A stretch of 64,000 nt of DNA, taken from contig JBEVVY010000001.1 in NCBI GenBank assembly GCA_040506895.1, forward strand, positions 3,001,967-3,065,966, read 5' to 3'. Below, one piece after another: positions 18,134-40,882 of the stretch (position 1 is its first letter; the number at the start of each line of letters is the position of its first letter). This DNA comes from Sedimenticola sp. (lineage in GTDB: Bacteria; Pseudomonadota; Gammaproteobacteria; Chromatiales; Chromatiaceae). Position numbers and translations under genes: made by a program. The notes below the pieces were generated by a model that had not been told where the DNA came from, made no database searches, and saw nothing but the letters and a program-made list of their open reading frames with translations.

Positions 18134-18565
18134 ATGGCTAAGAAAATCGAGGCTTACATCAAGCTTCAGGTGCCTGCCGGCCAGGCAAACCCGAGTCCGC
18201 CAGTGGGCCCCGCGCTGGGTCAGCATGGCGTGAATATCATGGAGTTCTGCAAGGCGTTCAACGCCAAGACCCAGAGCATGGAGCAGGGCCTGCCCGTGCC
18301 TGTGGTAATCACCGTTTACGGTGACCGCAGCTTCACTTTCATCACCAAGACCCCACCTGCCGCAGTGCTGCTGAGAAAGGCTGCCGGTGTTCCCAAGGGT
18401 TCCGGTACCCCCAACACCGTCAAGGTGGGCAAGGTGAACCGTGAGCAGCTTGAAGAGATCGCCAAGGCCAAGGAGCCCGATCTGACTGCTGCCGATATGG
18501 ATGCGGCCGTACGTACCATCGCCGGTACCGCCCGTTCCATGGGTCTCGATGTGGAGGGAGTATAA
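18134..18565 (+). CDS. rplK: 50S ribosomal protein L11
   Basis: [43 protein letters not shown]. Confidence 0.98.
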   Translation: MAKKIEAYIKLQVPAGQANPSPPVGPALGQHGVNIMEFCKAFNAKTQSMEQGLPVPVVITVYGDRSFTFITKTPPAAVLLRKAAGVPKGSGTPNTVKVGKVNREQLEEIAKAKEPDLTAADMDAAVRTIAGTARSMGLDVEGV

Positions 18566-18568
18566 GTC

Positions 18569-19264
<696 letters not shown>

Positions 19265-19502
19265 TAATTCGCTGTCGCCCGCGAGGGTGGCGGCAAACAG
19301 GCTTTGGGGCTCCGGTCTTCGGACCGGTTGCTGTCAAAGACCGCGGGTGCACTTGACGTGCTTAATTCAATCCCGCGCAGACGGAGCTCCGTAATCAGAT
19401 TGACCTGATGACGGTGCACGTTGAAAAGAGAGGTGATCAATTATGATCGCCGTTTTTGAAACTGGAACGGTTCGCCGTTCCGTCGTAGTCAGGAGGTGAC
19501 GC
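19265..19502 (+). promoter_or_regulatory. rplJL leader (probable L10(L12)4 autoregulatory leader and internal promoter region)
   Basis: 238-nt untranslated gap in the position of the enterobacterial L10 leader. Several stable hairpins (ctccggtc-ttcg-gaccgg; ggaacgg-ttcg-ccgttcc). AGGAGG lies 7 nt before the GTG start. Confidence 0.45.
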
Positions 19503-20030
19503 GTGCCACTCAATTTTGAGCAGAAGAAAGCTGTCGTCGCCGAAGTGGCCGAAGTGGCAAGCAGTGCTTATTCCGCTGTTGCCGCCGAGTATGCGGGTCT
19601 GACCGTTGAAGAGATGACTGAACTGCGTGCCAAGGCACGTCAGTCCGGCGTTTATCTTCGCGTGGTCAAGAACACGCTTGCTCGTCGTGCAGTGGAAGAT
19701 ACCGATTTCGCCTGCATGCAGGATGGTCTGACGGGTCCGCTCGTTTTGGCTTTCTCGCAGGAAGATCCCGGTAGTGCTGCCCGTGTGATCAAGGATTTCA
19801 CCAAGGAAAATGACAAGCTGGTCGTAAAGATGGTCTCCATCGGCGGCAAGATGCTCGAAGCTTCCGAGCTCGAGACTCTCGCCAAGATGCCGACCTACGA
19901 TCAGGCTATCAGCATGCTGATGGCTGTCATGAAAGCCCCGGTTGAAAAACTTGCCCGCACTGTCAACGAGGTTCCCGGCAAGCTGGTTCGTACCGTTGCG
20001 GCTATCCGCGACGCGAAAGAAGCGGCTTAA
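19503..20030 (+). CDS. rplJ: 50S ribosomal protein L10
   Basis: GTG start. MPLNFEQKKAVVAEVAEVAS...VYLRVVKNTLARRA. Confidence 0.97.
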   Translation: MPLNFEQKKAVVAEVAEVASSAYSAVAAEYAGLTVEEMTELRAKARQSGVYLRVVKNTLARRAVEDTDFACMQDGLTGPLVLAFSQEDPGSAARVIKDFTKENDKLVVKMVSIGGKMLEASELETLAKMPTYDQAISMLMAVMKAPVEKLARTVNEVPGKLVRTVAAIRDAKEAA

Positions 20031-20084
20031 TAGCTTTCAATATTCACCTATTTTTTGATTTAACCGTATATCAGGAGTTTAACA

Positions 20085-20462
20085 ATGGCCGTTTCTAAAG
20101 ACGAAATCCTCGAGGCTATTGCCAACATGACCGTTATGGACGTCGTAGAGCTGATCGACGCCATGGAAGAGAAGTTCGGCGTATCCGCCGCTGCTGCAGT
20201 TGCTGCTGCTCCCGCCGCTGGTGGTGGTGAGGCTGCTGCTGCCGAAGAGAAGACCGAGTTCGATGTTGTTCTCGCCTCTTTCGGTTCCAACAAGGTTGCC
20301 GTGATCAAGGCCGTACGTGGTGTTACCGGTCTGGGTCTGAAGGAAGCCAAGGAAGCTGTGGAAGGTGCACCTACCACTCTGAAGGAAGCAGTATCCAAAG
20401 ACGAAGCAGAAGACGTCAAGAAGCAGCTGGAAGAAGCAGGCGCTACCGTCGAAGTCAAGTAA
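20085..20462 (+). CDS. rplL: 50S ribosomal protein L7/L12
   Basis: [37 protein letters not shown]..., Ala/Gly hinge, C-terminal ...[10 protein letters not shown]. Confidence 0.98.
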   Translation: MAVSKDEILEAIANMTVMDVVELIDAMEEKFGVSAAAAVAAAPAAGGGEAAAAEEKTEFDVVLASFGSNKVAVIKAVRGVTGLGLKEAKEAVEGAPTTLKEAVSKDEAEDVKKQLEEAGATVEVK

Positions 20463-20501
20463 TCTTGCTTGGCTTATACGGTCTGCAACATCTAGCAGAT
20501 G

Positions 20502-20535
20502 GGGCTGGTGGCGATTTCGCCACCGGCCTTTTCCC
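20502..20535 (+). terminator. rplL-rpoB intergenic attenuator/partial terminator
   Basis: gctggtggcg-attt-cgccaccggc stem followed by cTTTTccc. Same position as the known E. coli rplL-rpoB attenuator. Confidence 0.55.
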
Positions 20536-20787
20536 GCTTCTGGATGAAGCTGCGGAAAAGGTGGCTTAACGCCTTTTTCAGAGTTTCATTGTCGTCGAAG
20601 TGAATCGACGTGAAGCGCTACAAGGGAAGTATAGAAGTTCTTAATGCATAAGCCTGACGGGGGTGTCGGGCAGGAAGACACAGCGACATGGAAGTGATCC
20701 GGCAGGGAAGAGCTGGGTAAATTATTAAATTATATAAAGGCCCGAACAGGGTCTTGTGTAACGCCTATGAAATCGAGGGACGGCAAC

Positions 20788-24864
<4,077 letters not shown>

Positions 24865-24932
24865 GGGTCCGGAGATTTATCCGGTAACCGAACCAAGTGT
24901 AAATCTGGACCCTGATTGCAGGAGATACGATC

Positions 24933-29147
<4,215 letters not shown>

Positions 29148-29156
29148 TGTGGTGAA

Positions 29157-29184
29157 GGGTCGGGAGGAATCCCGGCCCTATTTT
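29157..29184 (+). terminator. Rho-independent terminator after rpoC
   Basis: gggtcggga-ggaa-tcccggccc stem (one G-U pair) followed by taTTTT. Confidence 0.6.
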
Positions 29185-29231
29185 CCGCCCCCGGGGCGGA
29201 TCGGATAGAAAAATCTCGCCAATACTGGTTG

Positions 29232-29260
29232 TTGACACCCATTGGTGAGGCGCGTAGAAT
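29232..29260 (+). promoter_or_regulatory. Sigma-70 promoter of the str operon (rpsL-rpsG-fusA-tufA)
   Basis: TTGACA (29232-29237), a 17-nt spacer, then TAGAAT (29255-29260). Leaves a ~195-nt leader before rpsL. Confidence 0.6.
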
Positions 29261-29459
29261 GCGCGCTCTTCGGTAAAGCTGTCGCAAATGTCAGCGTATA
29301 TCGTTTAAGTGAATCGGGGGCAGCAAATACCCCCTTGGAATAGATTATTGGCAGGCAATCGAACACCCGGCGCTGAATAGCCCAGGCCGGATGGGGTCGG
29401 TTGCTCGCTTTTTCTGGTGCGAGAGGGAGCGTTGTTCGTATCCCTGGAGACGGAAATAG

Positions 29460-29834
29460 ATGGCAACAATCAATCAGTTGGTGCGCAAGCCTCGCAAGCG
29501 CAAAGTAGAAAAAAGCAACGTGCCGGCCCTGGAGGCCTGTCCGCAGAAGCGTGGTGTCTGCACCCGTGTGTATACCACCACCCCCAAGAAGCCGAACTCG
29601 GCACTGCGTAAGGTTGCACGTGTGCGTCTGACCAACGGTTACGAGGTAAGCTCCTACATCGGTGGTGAAGGCCACAACCTTCAGGAGCACTCGGTGGTGC
29701 TGATTCGCGGCGGTCGTGTAAAGGACTTGCCCGGTGTGCGCTACCACGTGGTACGCGGCAGTCTCGATACCTCCGGTGTCGAAAGCCGTCGTCAGGGTCG
29801 TTCCAAGTACGGTGCCAAGCGGCCTAAGAGCTGA
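29460..29834 (+). CDS. rpsL: 30S ribosomal protein S12
   Basis: [51 protein letters not shown]. Confidence 0.98.
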   Translation: MATINQLVRKPRKRKVEKSNVPALEACPQKRGVCTRVYTTTPKKPNSALRKVARVRLTNGYEVSSYIGGEGHNLQEHSVVLIRGGRVKDLPGVRYHVVRGSLDTSGVESRRQGRSKYGAKRPKS

Positions 29835-29847
29835 TTGGCGTCAATAA

Positions 29848-30339
<492 letters not shown>

Positions 30340-30413
30340 GCGAATTTAGTTTTAACCGGATCTTTCATTAAGAGAAAGATCCTTGCTCTTTAACATTGTT
30401 GATCGGGAATTAG

Positions 30414-32513
<2,100 letters not shown>

Positions 32514-32537
32514 TCCTTAAATTAAGGGGTAAGAGCC

Positions 32538-33728
32538 GTGTCTAAGGAAAAATTCGAGCGTACAAAGCCGCACGTTAACGTGGGCACCATTGGTCACGTT
32601 GACCACGGTAAGACCACGCTGACCGCTGCGATCACCACTCACCAGGCGAGCAAGTTCGGCGGTGAGACCAAGGCTTACGACCAGATCGACAACGCCCCTG
32701 AAGAGCGCGAGCGTGGTATCACCATTGCTACCGCTCACGTTGAGTACGAGTCCGAGAACCGTCACTACGCACACGTTGACTGCCCGGGTCATGCTGACTA
32801 CGTCAAGAACATGATCACCGGTGCGGCGCAGATGGACGGCGCGATCCTGGTTGTCTCCGCGGCTGACGGCCCCATGCCCCAGACCCGTGAGCACATCCTG
32901 CTGTCCCGCCAGGTTGGTGTTCCGTACATCATTGTGTACATGAACAAGGCCGACATGGTTGACGACGAGGAGCTGCTGGAGCTGGTCGAGATGGAGATCC
33001 GCGAGCTGCTCGACAGCTACGAGTTCCCCGGAGACGACACCCCGATCATCATCGGTTCCGCGCTCAAGGCGCTGGAAGGTGACAGCTCGGATATCGGCAC
33101 CCCCTCCATCGACAAGCTGATCGAGGCGCTGGACAGCTACATCCCCGAGCCCGAGCGTGCGATCGACGGTGCCTTCCTGATGCCCATCGAGGACGTCTTC
33201 TCCATCTCCGGTCGTGGTACCGTTGTGACCGGTCGTGTCGAGCGTGGTGTGATCAAGGTCGGTGAAGAGATCGAGATCGTTGGTATCAAAGAGACCACCA
33301 AGACCACCTGCACCGGTGTTGAGATGTTCCGCAAGCTGCTGGACGAAGGTGTGGCTGGCGACAACGTGGGTGTACTGCTGCGCGGTACCAAGCGTGAAGA
33401 GGTTGAGCGTGGCCAGGTACTGGCTCACCCCGGCACCATCACTCCTCACACCCACTTCGAGTGCGAAGTGTACGTGCTGAGCAAGGACGAGGGTGGTCGT
33501 CACACCCCCTTCTTCACCAACTATCGTCCGCAGTTCTACTTCCGTACCACTGACGTTACCGGTGCCTGCGACCTTCCCGAAGGCGTGGAGATGGTAATGC
33601 CTGGTGACAACGTGAAGATGACTGTGAAGCTGATTGCGCCGATCGCCATGGAAGAGGGTCTGCGCTTTGCAATCCGCGAGGGTGGCCGTACCGTCGGCGC
33701 CGGCGTGGTTTCCAAGATCATTGAGTAA
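32538..33728 (+). CDS. tufA: Elongation factor Tu (str-operon copy)
   Basis: GTG start. The protein is identical to the 15603..16793 product, at a constant 16,935-nt offset. Confidence 0.98.
   Translation: MSKEKFERTKPHVNVGTIGHVDHGKTTLTAAITTHQASKFGGETKAYDQIDNAPEERERGITIATAHVEYESENRHYAHVDCPGHADYVKNMITGAAQMDGAILVVSAADGPMPQTREHILLSRQVGVPYIIVYMNKADMVDDEELLELVEMEIRELLDSYEFPGDDTPIIIGSALKALEGDSSDIGTPSIDKLIEALDSYIPEPERAIDGAFLMPIEDVFSISGRGTVVTGRVERGVIKVGEEIEIVGIKETTKTTCTGVEMFRKLLDEGVAGDNVGVLLRGTKREEVERGQVLAHPGTITPHTHFECEVYVLSKDEGGRHTPFFTNYRPQFYFRTTDVTGACDLPEGVEMVMPGDNVKMTVKLIAPIAMEEGLRFAIREGGRTVGAGVVSKIIE
32538..33728 (+). repeat. ~1.19 kb direct repeat (tufA versus tufB at 15603..16793)
   Basis: The only nucleotide differences seen are in the first ~100 nt (atg/gtg, tcc/tct, gaa/gag, cgc/cgt, act/acc). 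Shadow ORFs in other frames (16202/33137, 16327/33262, 16601/33536) are identical, so the remainder appears identical at the DNA level. Confidence 0.9.
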
Positions 33729-33735
33729 TAAAGAT

Positions 33736-34047
33736 ATGGCCAACCAGAGAATTCGTATTCGACTGAAGGCTTTCGATCACCGTCTGATCGACCAGTCTGC
33801 GCGTGAAATCGTAGATACCGCCAAGCGCACCGGTGCGCAGGTCCGCGGCCCCATTCCGCTGCCGACCAAGAAAGAGCGGTACACCGTGCTGATTTCTCCG
33901 CACGTTAACAAAGACGCCCGTGACCAGTACGAGATCCGTACTCACAAGCGTCTCATGGATATTGTTGATCCGACCGATAAGACCGTCGATGCACTGATGA
34001 AGCTGGATCTTGCAGCCGGTGTAGACGTTCAGATCAAACTGAACTGA
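33736..34047 (+). CDS. rpsJ: 30S ribosomal protein S10
   Basis: [26 protein letters not shown]. The ORF-track start at 33634 lies inside tufA; the ATG at 33736 was chosen by homology. Confidence 0.97.
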   Translation: MANQRIRIRLKAFDHRLIDQSAREIVDTAKRTGAQVRGPIPLPTKKERYTVLISPHVNKDARDQYEIRTHKRLMDIVDPTDKTVDALMKLDLAAGVDVQIKLN

Positions 34048-34058
34048 GGTTAAGAACA

Positions 34059-34709
34059 ATGGCGATTGGAATTGTCGGACGTAAAGTAGGCATGACTCGG
34101 GTCTTCACCGAGGAAGGTGCCTCTGTCCCCGTCACTGTAATTGAAGTGGAGCCCAATCGGGTCACCCAGCTGCGTACCGAAGATGCCGACGGCTACAGCG
34201 CCGTACAGGTCACCACCGGTGCCCGCAAGGCTTCCCGTGTAAACAAGGCTATGGCAGGCCACCTGGCGAAAGCCGGAGTAGAAGCCGGTCGTGGCATGTG
34301 GGAGTTCCGCCTGGGCGAAGGCGAAGGCGAAGGTATCGAGGTTGGCGGCGAGATCAAGGTCGACATCTTCGAGGCCGGCCAGATCGTAGACGTCTGTGGC
34401 ACCAGCCGCGGTAAAGGTTTCCAGGGTGGTGTGAAGCGTCACAACTTCCGTACCCAGGATGCCACCCACGGTAACTCACTGGCTCACCGCGCACCTGGCT
34501 CAATCGGCCAGTGCCAGACCCCTGGACGTGTTTTCAAGGGTAAGAAGATGGCCGGTCAGATGGGTAACGTACGCAGCACCACCCAGAATCTCGAGGTTGT
34601 GCGCGTCGATGTGGATAAAAATCTCTTGCTGGTGAAAGGTGCCGTTCCCGGTGCCCAGGGTGGCGACGTTATCGTCACTCCCGCCATCAAGATGGTGAAC
34701 AAGGGGTAA
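34059..34709 (+). CDS. rplC: 50S ribosomal protein L3
   Basis: [29 protein letters not shown]. Confidence 0.98.
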   Translation: MAIGIVGRKVGMTRVFTEEGASVPVTVIEVEPNRVTQLRTEDADGYSAVQVTTGARKASRVNKAMAGHLAKAGVEAGRGMWEFRLGEGEGEGIEVGGEIKVDIFEAGQIVDVCGTSRGKGFQGGVKRHNFRTQDATHGNSLAHRAPGSIGQCQTPGRVFKGKKMAGQMGNVRSTTQNLEVVRVDVDKNLLLVKGAVPGAQGGDVIVTPAIKMVNKG

Positions 34710-35330
34710 ATGCTGATGGACCTCAATGTACAGGCAGGTAGCGGAAACGCCGGGACTCTCCAGGTCTCCGATGACATTTTCGCTGCAGATTACAACGAAG
34801 CCCTGATTCACCAGGTCGTCACCGCCTACATGGCTGGTGGACGCTCCGGTAGCAAGGCTCAGAAGAACCGCGCCGCAGTCAGCGGTGGCGGCGCCAAGCC
34901 CTGGCGTCAGAAAGGCATGGGCCGTGCCCGCGCCGGTACCATCCGCAGCCCCATCTGGCGCTCCGGTGGTGTGACCTTCGCTGCCAGTCCCCGCGACTTC
35001 AGCCAGAAGGTTAACAAGAAGATGTACCGCGGTGCCGTACGCTCCATTCTCTCCGAGCTGGTACGCTCCGAGCGCCTGGTGGCTGTCGCCGACTTCGCGG
35101 TTGAAGCGCCCAAGACCAAAGAGCTGGTCGGCAAGCTGAAGGATATGGGTCTCGACGGTGCACTGATTGTTACCGAGCAGCCCGATGAGAATCTCTACCT
35201 GGCAGCACGCAACGTCTACGATATCGACGTATGCGGCGTGGCCGAGCTGGATCCTCTCAGCCTGGTGGGCTTCGACAAGGTGGTTATGACCTCTGGTGCA
35301 ATCAAGATTCTTGAGGAGCGTCTGTCATGA
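34710..35330 (+). CDS. rplD: 50S ribosomal protein L4
   Basis: S10-operon order. ...[28 protein letters not shown]. The start could be the ATG at 34716. Confidence 0.97.
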   Translation: MLMDLNVQAGSGNAGTLQVSDDIFAADYNEALIHQVVTAYMAGGRSGSKAQKNRAAVSGGGAKPWRQKGMGRARAGTIRSPIWRSGGVTFAASPRDFSQKVNKKMYRGAVRSILSELVRSERLVAVADFAVEAPKTKELVGKLKDMGLDGALIVTEQPDENLYLAARNVYDIDVCGVAELDPLSLVGFDKVVMTSGAIKILEERLS

Positions 35331-35623
35331 ATAAAGAGCGTTTGATGCAGGTGCTGCTCAGCCCGGTGGTCTCTGAAAAGAGCACCATTGCAGCAGAGGC
35401 GAGCCGCCAGTTTGCTTTTAAGGTGGCTCCCGATGCGACCAAGCCCGAGATCAAGAAGGCTGTCGAGCAGATGTTCGACGTCAAGGTTGATTCGGTTCGC
35501 GTGGTCAACATCAAGGGTAAGCAGAAGCGTTTCGGTACCATCATGGGTCGCCGTAACGGTGTCCGTAAGGCCTACGTCAAGCTGGCCGAAGGCAACGATA
35601 TCGATTTCGGGGCGGGTGCCTGA
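35327..35623 (+). CDS. rplW: 50S ribosomal protein L23
   Basis: [20 protein letters not shown]; 4-nt overlap with rplD. Confidence 0.97.
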   Translation: MNKERLMQVLLSPVVSEKSTIAAEASRQFAFKVAPDATKPEIKKAVEQMFDVKVDSVRVVNIKGKQKRFGTIMGRRNGVRKAYVKLAEGNDIDFGAGA

Positions 35624-35664
35624 TAGGCATCGTCAGCGGATAGATTTAAAGCGGAAGCAAGACA

Positions 35665-36492
35665 ATGGCAATTGTTAAAACAAAACCAACTTCAGCCGGT
35701 CGCCGGTTTGTGGTCAAGGTGGTGGACGCCGACCTTCACAAGGGAGCGCCTCACGAGGCGCTGATCGAGAAGAAGAGCAAGTCCGGTGGCCGTAACAACA
35801 ACGGTCGCATCACCACCCGTCATCGTGGCGGTGGTCACAAGCAGCGTTACCGCATGATTGATTTCAAGCGTAACAAGGATGGTATCCCCGGTACCGTGGA
35901 GCGTCTCGAGTACGATCCCAACCGCACCGCCAACATTGCGCTGATCAAGTACGCAGACGGTGAGCGTCGTTACATCATCGCTCCCAAGGGCCTGAAAGCC
36001 GGTCAGCAGGTGATGTCCGGCGAGGCTGCCGAGATCCGTCCCGGTAACTGCCTGCCCCTGCGTAACATCCCGGTGGGTAGCGTGATCCACTGTGTTGAGC
36101 TCAAGCCGGGCAAGGGTGCGCAGATTGCACGCTCTGCCGGTGCCGCGGTTCAACTGGTTGCGCGTGAAGGTGAGTATGCTACCCTTCGCCTCCGTTCTGG
36201 CGAGATGCGCAAGGTGCGCTACGAGTGCCGCGCCGTAATCGGCGAGGTAGGCAACTCCGAGCACAATCTGCGCAAGCTGGGTAAGGCCGGTGCAACACGC
36301 TGGCGCGGTGTTCGTCCCACAGTTCGCGGTGTGGCGATGAACCCGGTAGACCACCCCCACGGTGGTGGTGAGGGTCGTACTTCCGGTGGCCGTCATCCGG
36401 TCAGCCCCTGGGGTGTGCCCACCAAGGGCAAGAAGACGCGTACCAACAAGCGCACGGATAAGATGATCGTGCGTCATCGCAATCGCAAGTAA
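35665..36492 (+). CDS. rplB: 50S ribosomal protein L2
   Basis: [20 protein letters not shown]...; [18 protein letters not shown]. Confidence 0.98.
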   Translation: MAIVKTKPTSAGRRFVVKVVDADLHKGAPHEALIEKKSKSGGRNNNGRITTRHRGGGHKQRYRMIDFKRNKDGIPGTVERLEYDPNRTANIALIKYADGERRYIIAPKGLKAGQQVMSGEAAEIRPGNCLPLRNIPVGSVIHCVELKPGKGAQIARSAGAAVQLVAREGEYATLRLRSGEMRKVRYECRAVIGEVGNSEHNLRKLGKAGATRWRGVRPTVRGVAMNPVDHPHGGGEGRTSGGRHPVSPWGVPTKGKKTRTNKRTDKMIVRHRNRK

Positions 36493-36511
36493 ACGGAACT
36501 GAGGTAGAGAA

Positions 36512-36784
36512 ATGCCACGTTCAATTAAAAAAGGTCCGTTTGTGGATCATCATTTGGCCAAGAAGGTCGATGAGGCGGTTGCGAGCAACAGCAAGCGTCC
36601 CATCAAGACTTGGTCCCGTCGCTCCATGGTGTTGCCTGAAATGGTCGGTCTGACCATTGCGGTATACAACGGGCGTCAGCACGTGCCTGTTCTGGTTTCC
36701 GAGAACATGGTTGGTCATAAACTTGGTGAGTTCGCGCTGACCCGCACCTATCGCGGTCATGCAGCGGACAAGAAAACCAAATAA
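36512..36784 (+). CDS. rpsS: 30S ribosomal protein S19
   Basis: [19 protein letters not shown]. Confidence 0.98.
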   Translation: MPRSIKKGPFVDHHLAKKVDEAVASNSKRPIKTWSRRSMVLPEMVGLTIAVYNGRQHVPVLVSENMVGHKLGEFALTRTYRGHAADKKTK

Positions 36785-36799
36785 CCTGAGGGTTGAGTC

Positions 36800-37132
36800 A
36801 TGCAGGCAGTAGCAAAACTCCGCTTTGCGCGCATCTCGGCCCAGAAGGGTCGCCTGGTCGCCGATCAGATCCGTGGTCTGCCGGTAGAGCAGGCCCTGAA
36901 CACCCTTGCCTTCTCCAGCAAGAAGGGCGCTGCCCTGATGAAGAAGGTGCTCGACTCCGCTATCGCGAATGCCGAGAACAACGAGGGTGCGGATATCGAT
37001 GAGCTGAAGGTGTCAATGGTAGCCGTCGATGAGGGGCCGACCATGAAACGGATCCGCGCCCGTGCCAAGGGCCGCGCGGCTCGAATTTTGAAGCGTACCA
37101 GTCACATCACTGTGGCTGTGTCGGATAAGTAA
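36800..37132 (+). CDS. rplV: 50S ribosomal protein L22
   Basis: [26 protein letters not shown]. Confidence 0.98.
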   Translation: MQAVAKLRFARISAQKGRLVADQIRGLPVEQALNTLAFSSKKGAALMKKVLDSAIANAENNEGADIDELKVSMVAVDEGPTMKRIRARAKGRAARILKRTSHITVAVSDK

Positions 37133-37148
37133 GGCAAGAGAGGCCATT

Positions 37149-37838
37149 ATGGGTCAGAAAGTACATCCAACTGGCATTCGGCTGGGCATCGTCAAAGAGT
37201 GGACGTCCAAGTGGTATGCGGACTCTAAAGACTATGCCGATCTGCTGAATACCGATCTTGAAGTTCGGGACTACCTGAAGAAGCGCCTTTCCCAGGCCTC
37301 CGTCAGCCGCATTCAGATCGATCGTCCGGCTAATAACGCCCACATTACCATTCACACTGCCCGCCCGGGCCTGGTGATCGGTAAGAAAGGCGAGGACATC
37401 GATGCACTGCGCTCCGAGGTCTCCCAGCGCATGGGTATCCCGGTACACATCAGTGTAGAAGAGATCCGCAAGCCGGAGCTCGACGCACAGCTGGTTGCGG
37501 AGAGTATCACTCAGCAGCTTGAGCGTCGCGTCATGTTCCGTCGTGCAATGAAGCGTTCTGTACAGACCGCTATGCGTCTTGGCGCCGAAGGCATCAAGAT
37601 CAATATTGCAGGCCGACTGAACGGCGCAGAGATTGCTCGCAGCGAGTGGTACCGCGAAGGTCGCGTACCTCTGCACACCCTGCGTGCTGATATCGACTAC
37701 GGCTTTGCGGAAGCCAACACCACTTACGGAATCATCGGTGTGAAGGTCTGGATCTTCAAGGGTGAAGTGTTCGAAGGAGCACAGGTTGCCCAGGAAGAGG
37801 AAGCTGCACCGAAGCGTAAGTCCGGAAAGAGGGCCTAA
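37149..37838 (+). CDS. rpsC: 30S ribosomal protein S3
   Basis: [24 protein letters not shown]. Confidence 0.98.
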   Translation: MGQKVHPTGIRLGIVKEWTSKWYADSKDYADLLNTDLEVRDYLKKRLSQASVSRIQIDRPANNAHITIHTARPGLVIGKKGEDIDALRSEVSQRMGIPVHISVEEIRKPELDAQLVAESITQQLERRVMFRRAMKRSVQTAMRLGAEGIKINIAGRLNGAEIARSEWYREGRVPLHTLRADIDYGFAEANTTYGIIGVKVWIFKGEVFEGAQVAQEEEAAPKRKSGKRA

Positions 37839-37841
37839 ACG

Positions 37842-38255
37842 ATGTTGATGCCGAAACGGACAAAATTCCGCAAGATGCAGAAAGGTCGCAACCGCGGCCT
37901 GGCGAATCGGGGCGGCAAGGTGAGCTTTGGTGAGTTCGGCCTGCAGTCAGTTGACCGTGGACAGATCACTTCTCGCCAGATCGAGGCGGGTCGTCGTGCG
38001 ATCACCCGTCACGTGAAGCGTGGTGGTAAAGTCTGGATCCGCGTGTTCCCCGACAAGCCTATCACCAAGAAGCCCCTGGAAGTACGTCAGGGTAAAGGTA
38101 AGGGTAATGTGGAGTACTGGGTATGCCTGATCCAGCCTGGCCGCATGCTGTACGAGATCGAGGGTGTATCCGAAGAGCTCGCACGCGAAGCGTTCCAGCT
38201 GGCAGCCGCGAAACTGCCCTTTAAGACCACATTCGCAAAACGGACGGTACTGTGA
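37842..38255 (+). CDS. rplP: 50S ribosomal protein L16
   Basis: [21 protein letters not shown]. Confidence 0.98.
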   Translation: MLMPKRTKFRKMQKGRNRGLANRGGKVSFGEFGLQSVDRGQITSRQIEAGRRAITRHVKRGGKVWIRVFPDKPITKKPLEVRQGKGKGNVEYWVCLIQPGRMLYEIEGVSEELAREAFQLAAAKLPFKTTFAKRTVL

Positions 38256-38452
38256 TGAAGGCAAGTGAACTTCGGGAAAAGTCTCCCGCAGAATTGGAAG
38301 AGTCCCTGCTTGAGCTGCGCAAGGAGCAGTTCAACCTGCGTATGCAACAGGGTACCGGGCAGCTGGCCCGTCCTTCCGAGATGAACCGGGTGCGTAAAGA
38401 TATCGCCCGCATCAAGACCGTGTTGAATGAACAGAAAGCAGGTGAAGCATGA
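38252..38452 (+). CDS. rpmC: 50S ribosomal protein L29
   Basis: [31 protein letters not shown]. Confidence 0.97.
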   Translation: MMKASELREKSPAELEESLLELRKEQFNLRMQQGTGQLARPSEMNRVRKDIARIKTVLNEQKAGEA

Positions 38453-38712
38453 TGAGCGAGCAGACTACTAGCAATCGCACGCTTCAGGGCCGCGTGGTCA
38501 GCGACGGTATGGACAAGTCCATCACTGTTCTGGTCGAGCGCCGTGTTAAGCACCCGATCTACGGCAAATTCGTGCGTCGCTCCACCAAGGTGCATGCTCA
38601 CGACGAGACCAACGAGTGTGGGATCGGTGATGTTGTAGTGGTTGAACAATGCCGTCCACTGTCCAAGACCAAGACCTGGCGTCTGGTCAAGGTAGTAGAA
38701 AAGGCATCTTGA
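38449..38712 (+). CDS. rpsQ: 30S ribosomal protein S17
   Basis: ...[32 protein letters not shown]. Confidence 0.97.
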   Translation: MMSEQTTSNRTLQGRVVSDGMDKSITVLVERRVKHPIYGKFVRRSTKVHAHDETNECGIGDVVVVEQCRPLSKTKTWRLVKVVEKAS

Positions 38713-38771
38713 GGCCGGCCCGGATATTCAGGCGGTTTTCGGATTACTGATTATTAGATTGGAATAGACCA

Positions 38772-39140
38772 ATGATCCAGATGCAGACAATGCTGAACGT
38801 CGCTGATAACAGCGGCGCCAGACGAGTCCAGTGCATTAAAGTACTGGGTGGCTCGCACCGTCGTTATGCCGGTATCGGGGATATTATTAAAGTGAGCGTC
38901 AAAGACGCCATTCCCCGGGGCAAGGTAAAGAAAGGCGACGTCTACAATGCAGTTGTGGTTCGCACCAGAAAAGGCGTGCGTCGTCCCGACGGTTCCCTGA
39001 TCCGTTTTGACGGCAATGCCGCGGTGCTGCTGAATGCTCAGCTGCAGCCTATCGGAACCCGTATTTTCGGCCCGGTTACCCGTGAACTGCGTAGCGAACG
39101 ATTCATGAAGATCATTTCGCTCGCACCGGAAGTGCTCTAA
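38772..39140 (+). CDS. rplN: 50S ribosomal protein L14
   Basis: [28 protein letters not shown]. Confidence 0.98.
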   Translation: MIQMQTMLNVADNSGARRVQCIKVLGGSHRRYAGIGDIIKVSVKDAIPRGKVKKGDVYNAVVVRTRKGVRRPDGSLIRFDGNAAVLLNAQLQPIGTRIFGPVTRELRSERFMKIISLAPEVL

Positions 39141-39150
39141 GGGGTTGGTC

Positions 39151-39474
39151 ATGGCAATGCGTAAGATCAAACAGGGTGACGAAGTCGTTGTCATCGCTGG
39201 CAAAGACAAGGGCAAGCAGGGCACCGTCCTGCGCGTCATCGACGACGAAAAAGTCGTAGTTGAAAACATTAACATGGTGAAGAAGCACGCCAAGGCGAAC
39301 CCCATGAAGGGCGAGCCTGGTGGCATCCTCGACAAGGAGATGCCGCTGGCAATTTCCAATGTTGCGATCTACAACCCGAACACCGGCAAGGCCGATCGGG
39401 TTGGTTTCAAGACGCTGGAAGATGGCCGCAAAGTGCGCTACTTCAAGTCCAACGGCGAAGTCGTGGATATTTGA
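39151..39474 (+). CDS. rplX: 50S ribosomal protein L24
   Basis: [26 protein letters not shown]. The ATG at 39151 lies 6 nt after AAGGGG; the ORF-track start at 39145 is a TTG. Confidence 0.96.
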   Translation: MAMRKIKQGDEVVVIAGKDKGKQGTVLRVIDDEKVVVENINMVKKHAKANPMKGEPGGILDKEMPLAISNVAIYNPNTGKADRVGFKTLEDGRKVRYFKSNGEVVDI

Positions 39475-39487
39475 GGCGGATAGTAAA

Positions 39488-40027
39488 ATGGCAAGATTAC
39501 ACGAACTTTACCGCGACCAGATCGTAGCTCAGCTGCAGGAAAAATTCGGCTTCAAGAGCGTGATGGAAGTGCCGAAGATCACCAAGATCACCCTCAACAT
39601 GGGTGTCGGTGATGCTGTGGGTGACAAGAAGATCATGGAATTCGCAGTTTCCGACCTGGAGAAGATCGCGGGTCAGAAAGTGGTCGTCACCAAGGCGCGC
39701 AAGTCCGTTGCGGGCTTCAAGATCCGTGATGGCTGGCCCATTGGCTGCATGGTCACCCTGCGTCGCGAGCGTATGTACGAATTCCTGGATCGCCTGATCA
39801 ACATCGCGATTCCCCGTATTCGTGACTTCCGTGGCCTGAATGCCAAGTCCTTCGATGGACGTGGCAACTACAGCATGGGCGTGAAGGAACAGATCATGTT
39901 TCCCGAGATCGATTACGATAAGATCGACAAGCTGCGTGGTCTGGATATCGTTATCACCACCACGGCCAAGAATGACGAAGAAGGGCGCGCTCTGCTCGAG
40001 GCGTTCAATTTTCCGTTCAAGAACTGA
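39488..40027 (+). CDS. rplE: 50S ribosomal protein L5
   Basis: [31 protein letters not shown]. The ORF-track start at 39320 lies inside rplX. Confidence 0.97.
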   Translation: MARLHELYRDQIVAQLQEKFGFKSVMEVPKITKITLNMGVGDAVGDKKIMEFAVSDLEKIAGQKVVVTKARKSVAGFKIRDGWPIGCMVTLRRERMYEFLDRLINIAIPRIRDFRGLNAKSFDGRGNYSMGVKEQIMFPEIDYDKIDKLRGLDIVITTTAKNDEEGRALLEAFNFPFKN

Positions 40028-40037
40028 GAATTTACCT

Positions 40038-40343
40038 ATGGCAAAAAAGAGCATGTTAGCTCGTGAAGCAAAGCGGGCCAAAGCGGTAGCAAAGTACGCA
40101 AACAAGCGTGCCGAGCTCAAGGCGATCATCAACAACCCGGAAAGCACTACTGAGCAGGTGGACGAAGCGGTTCTCAAACTGCAGAAAATGCCCCGCGACG
40201 CCAGTGCAAGCCGTCAGCAGCGTCGCTGCCGCGCAAGTGGCCGCCCGCACGCCGTTTACCGCAAATTTGGCCTCTGCCGGAACAAGCTTCGTGAAGCCGC
40301 AATGCGCGGTGACGTTCCGGGGCTTGTTAAAGCCAGCTGGTAA
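40038..40343 (+). CDS. rpsN: 30S ribosomal protein S14 (long, 101-aa form)
   Basis: [28 protein letters not shown]...VPGLVKASW. The ORF-track start at 39936 lies inside rplE. Confidence 0.97.
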   Translation: MAKKSMLAREAKRAKAVAKYANKRAELKAIINNPESTTEQVDEAVLKLQKMPRDASASRQQRRCRASGRPHAVYRKFGLCRNKLREAAMRGDVPGLVKASW

Positions 40344-40354
40344 ATGTAGAATAC

Positions 40355-40412
40355 GCGCCCCACTGTCATAGTGGGGTGTATTTTCTTCGATCCGCCTGCG
40401 GGCGGATTTTGT
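40355..40412 (+). promoter_or_regulatory. Two tandem terminator-like hairpins in the rpsN-rpsH spacer
   Basis: ccccact-gtcat-agtgggg (40358-40376) followed by tgtaTTTTcTT. atccgcc-tgcg-ggcggat (40390-40407) followed by TTTT. The spacer is 128 nt. Confidence 0.5.
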
Positions 40413-40471
40413 GCAATCGTTTAGGTATCGCGCTGCCCCTGGCCGCGGACTGACCTGGAAGGTTTAAAAAT

Positions 40472-40867
40472 ATGAGTATGTCTGATCCGATCGCGGATAT
40501 GCTGACGCGTATCCGTAATGGTCAACAAGTCGGGAAAGTGGCTGTTGCCATGCCCGCTTCCAAGCAGAAAGCTGCTGTCGCCCAGCTCCTCCAGGACGAA
40601 GGCTACATCAGCGCTTTCTCCGTTGCCGATGTTGAAGGTAGATCCACCCTCAGTGTCGAGCTCAAGTATTTCCAAGGCAAACCTGTCATCGAAGAGATCC
40701 AGCGCGTCAGCCGCCCTGGTCTGCGTATCTATAAAGGCAACAAAGAGCTGCCCAAGGTACGTGGTGGACTCGGTGTTGCCATCATCTCCACTTCCAAGGG
40801 TCTGATGAGCGATCGTGCCGCGCGTGCCGCGGGTCACGGTGGTGAAGTCGTGGCCTACGTGGCGTAA
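40472..40867 (+). CDS. rpsH: 30S ribosomal protein S8
   Basis: [18 protein letters not shown]. Confidence 0.98.
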   Translation: MSMSDPIADMLTRIRNGQQVGKVAVAMPASKQKAAVAQLLQDEGYISAFSVADVEGRSTLSVELKYFQGKPVIEEIQRVSRPGLRIYKGNKELPKVRGGLGVAIISTSKGLMSDRAARAAGHGGEVVAYVA

Positions 40868-40882
40868 TCGGAGGGCTCTACA

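Noticed and set aside
32517-33743. 408-aa minus-strand ORF antisense to tufA, and its twin at 15582..16568 antisense to tufB
   Set aside because: This is an antisense shadow of EF-Tu. It is duplicated only because tuf is duplicated.
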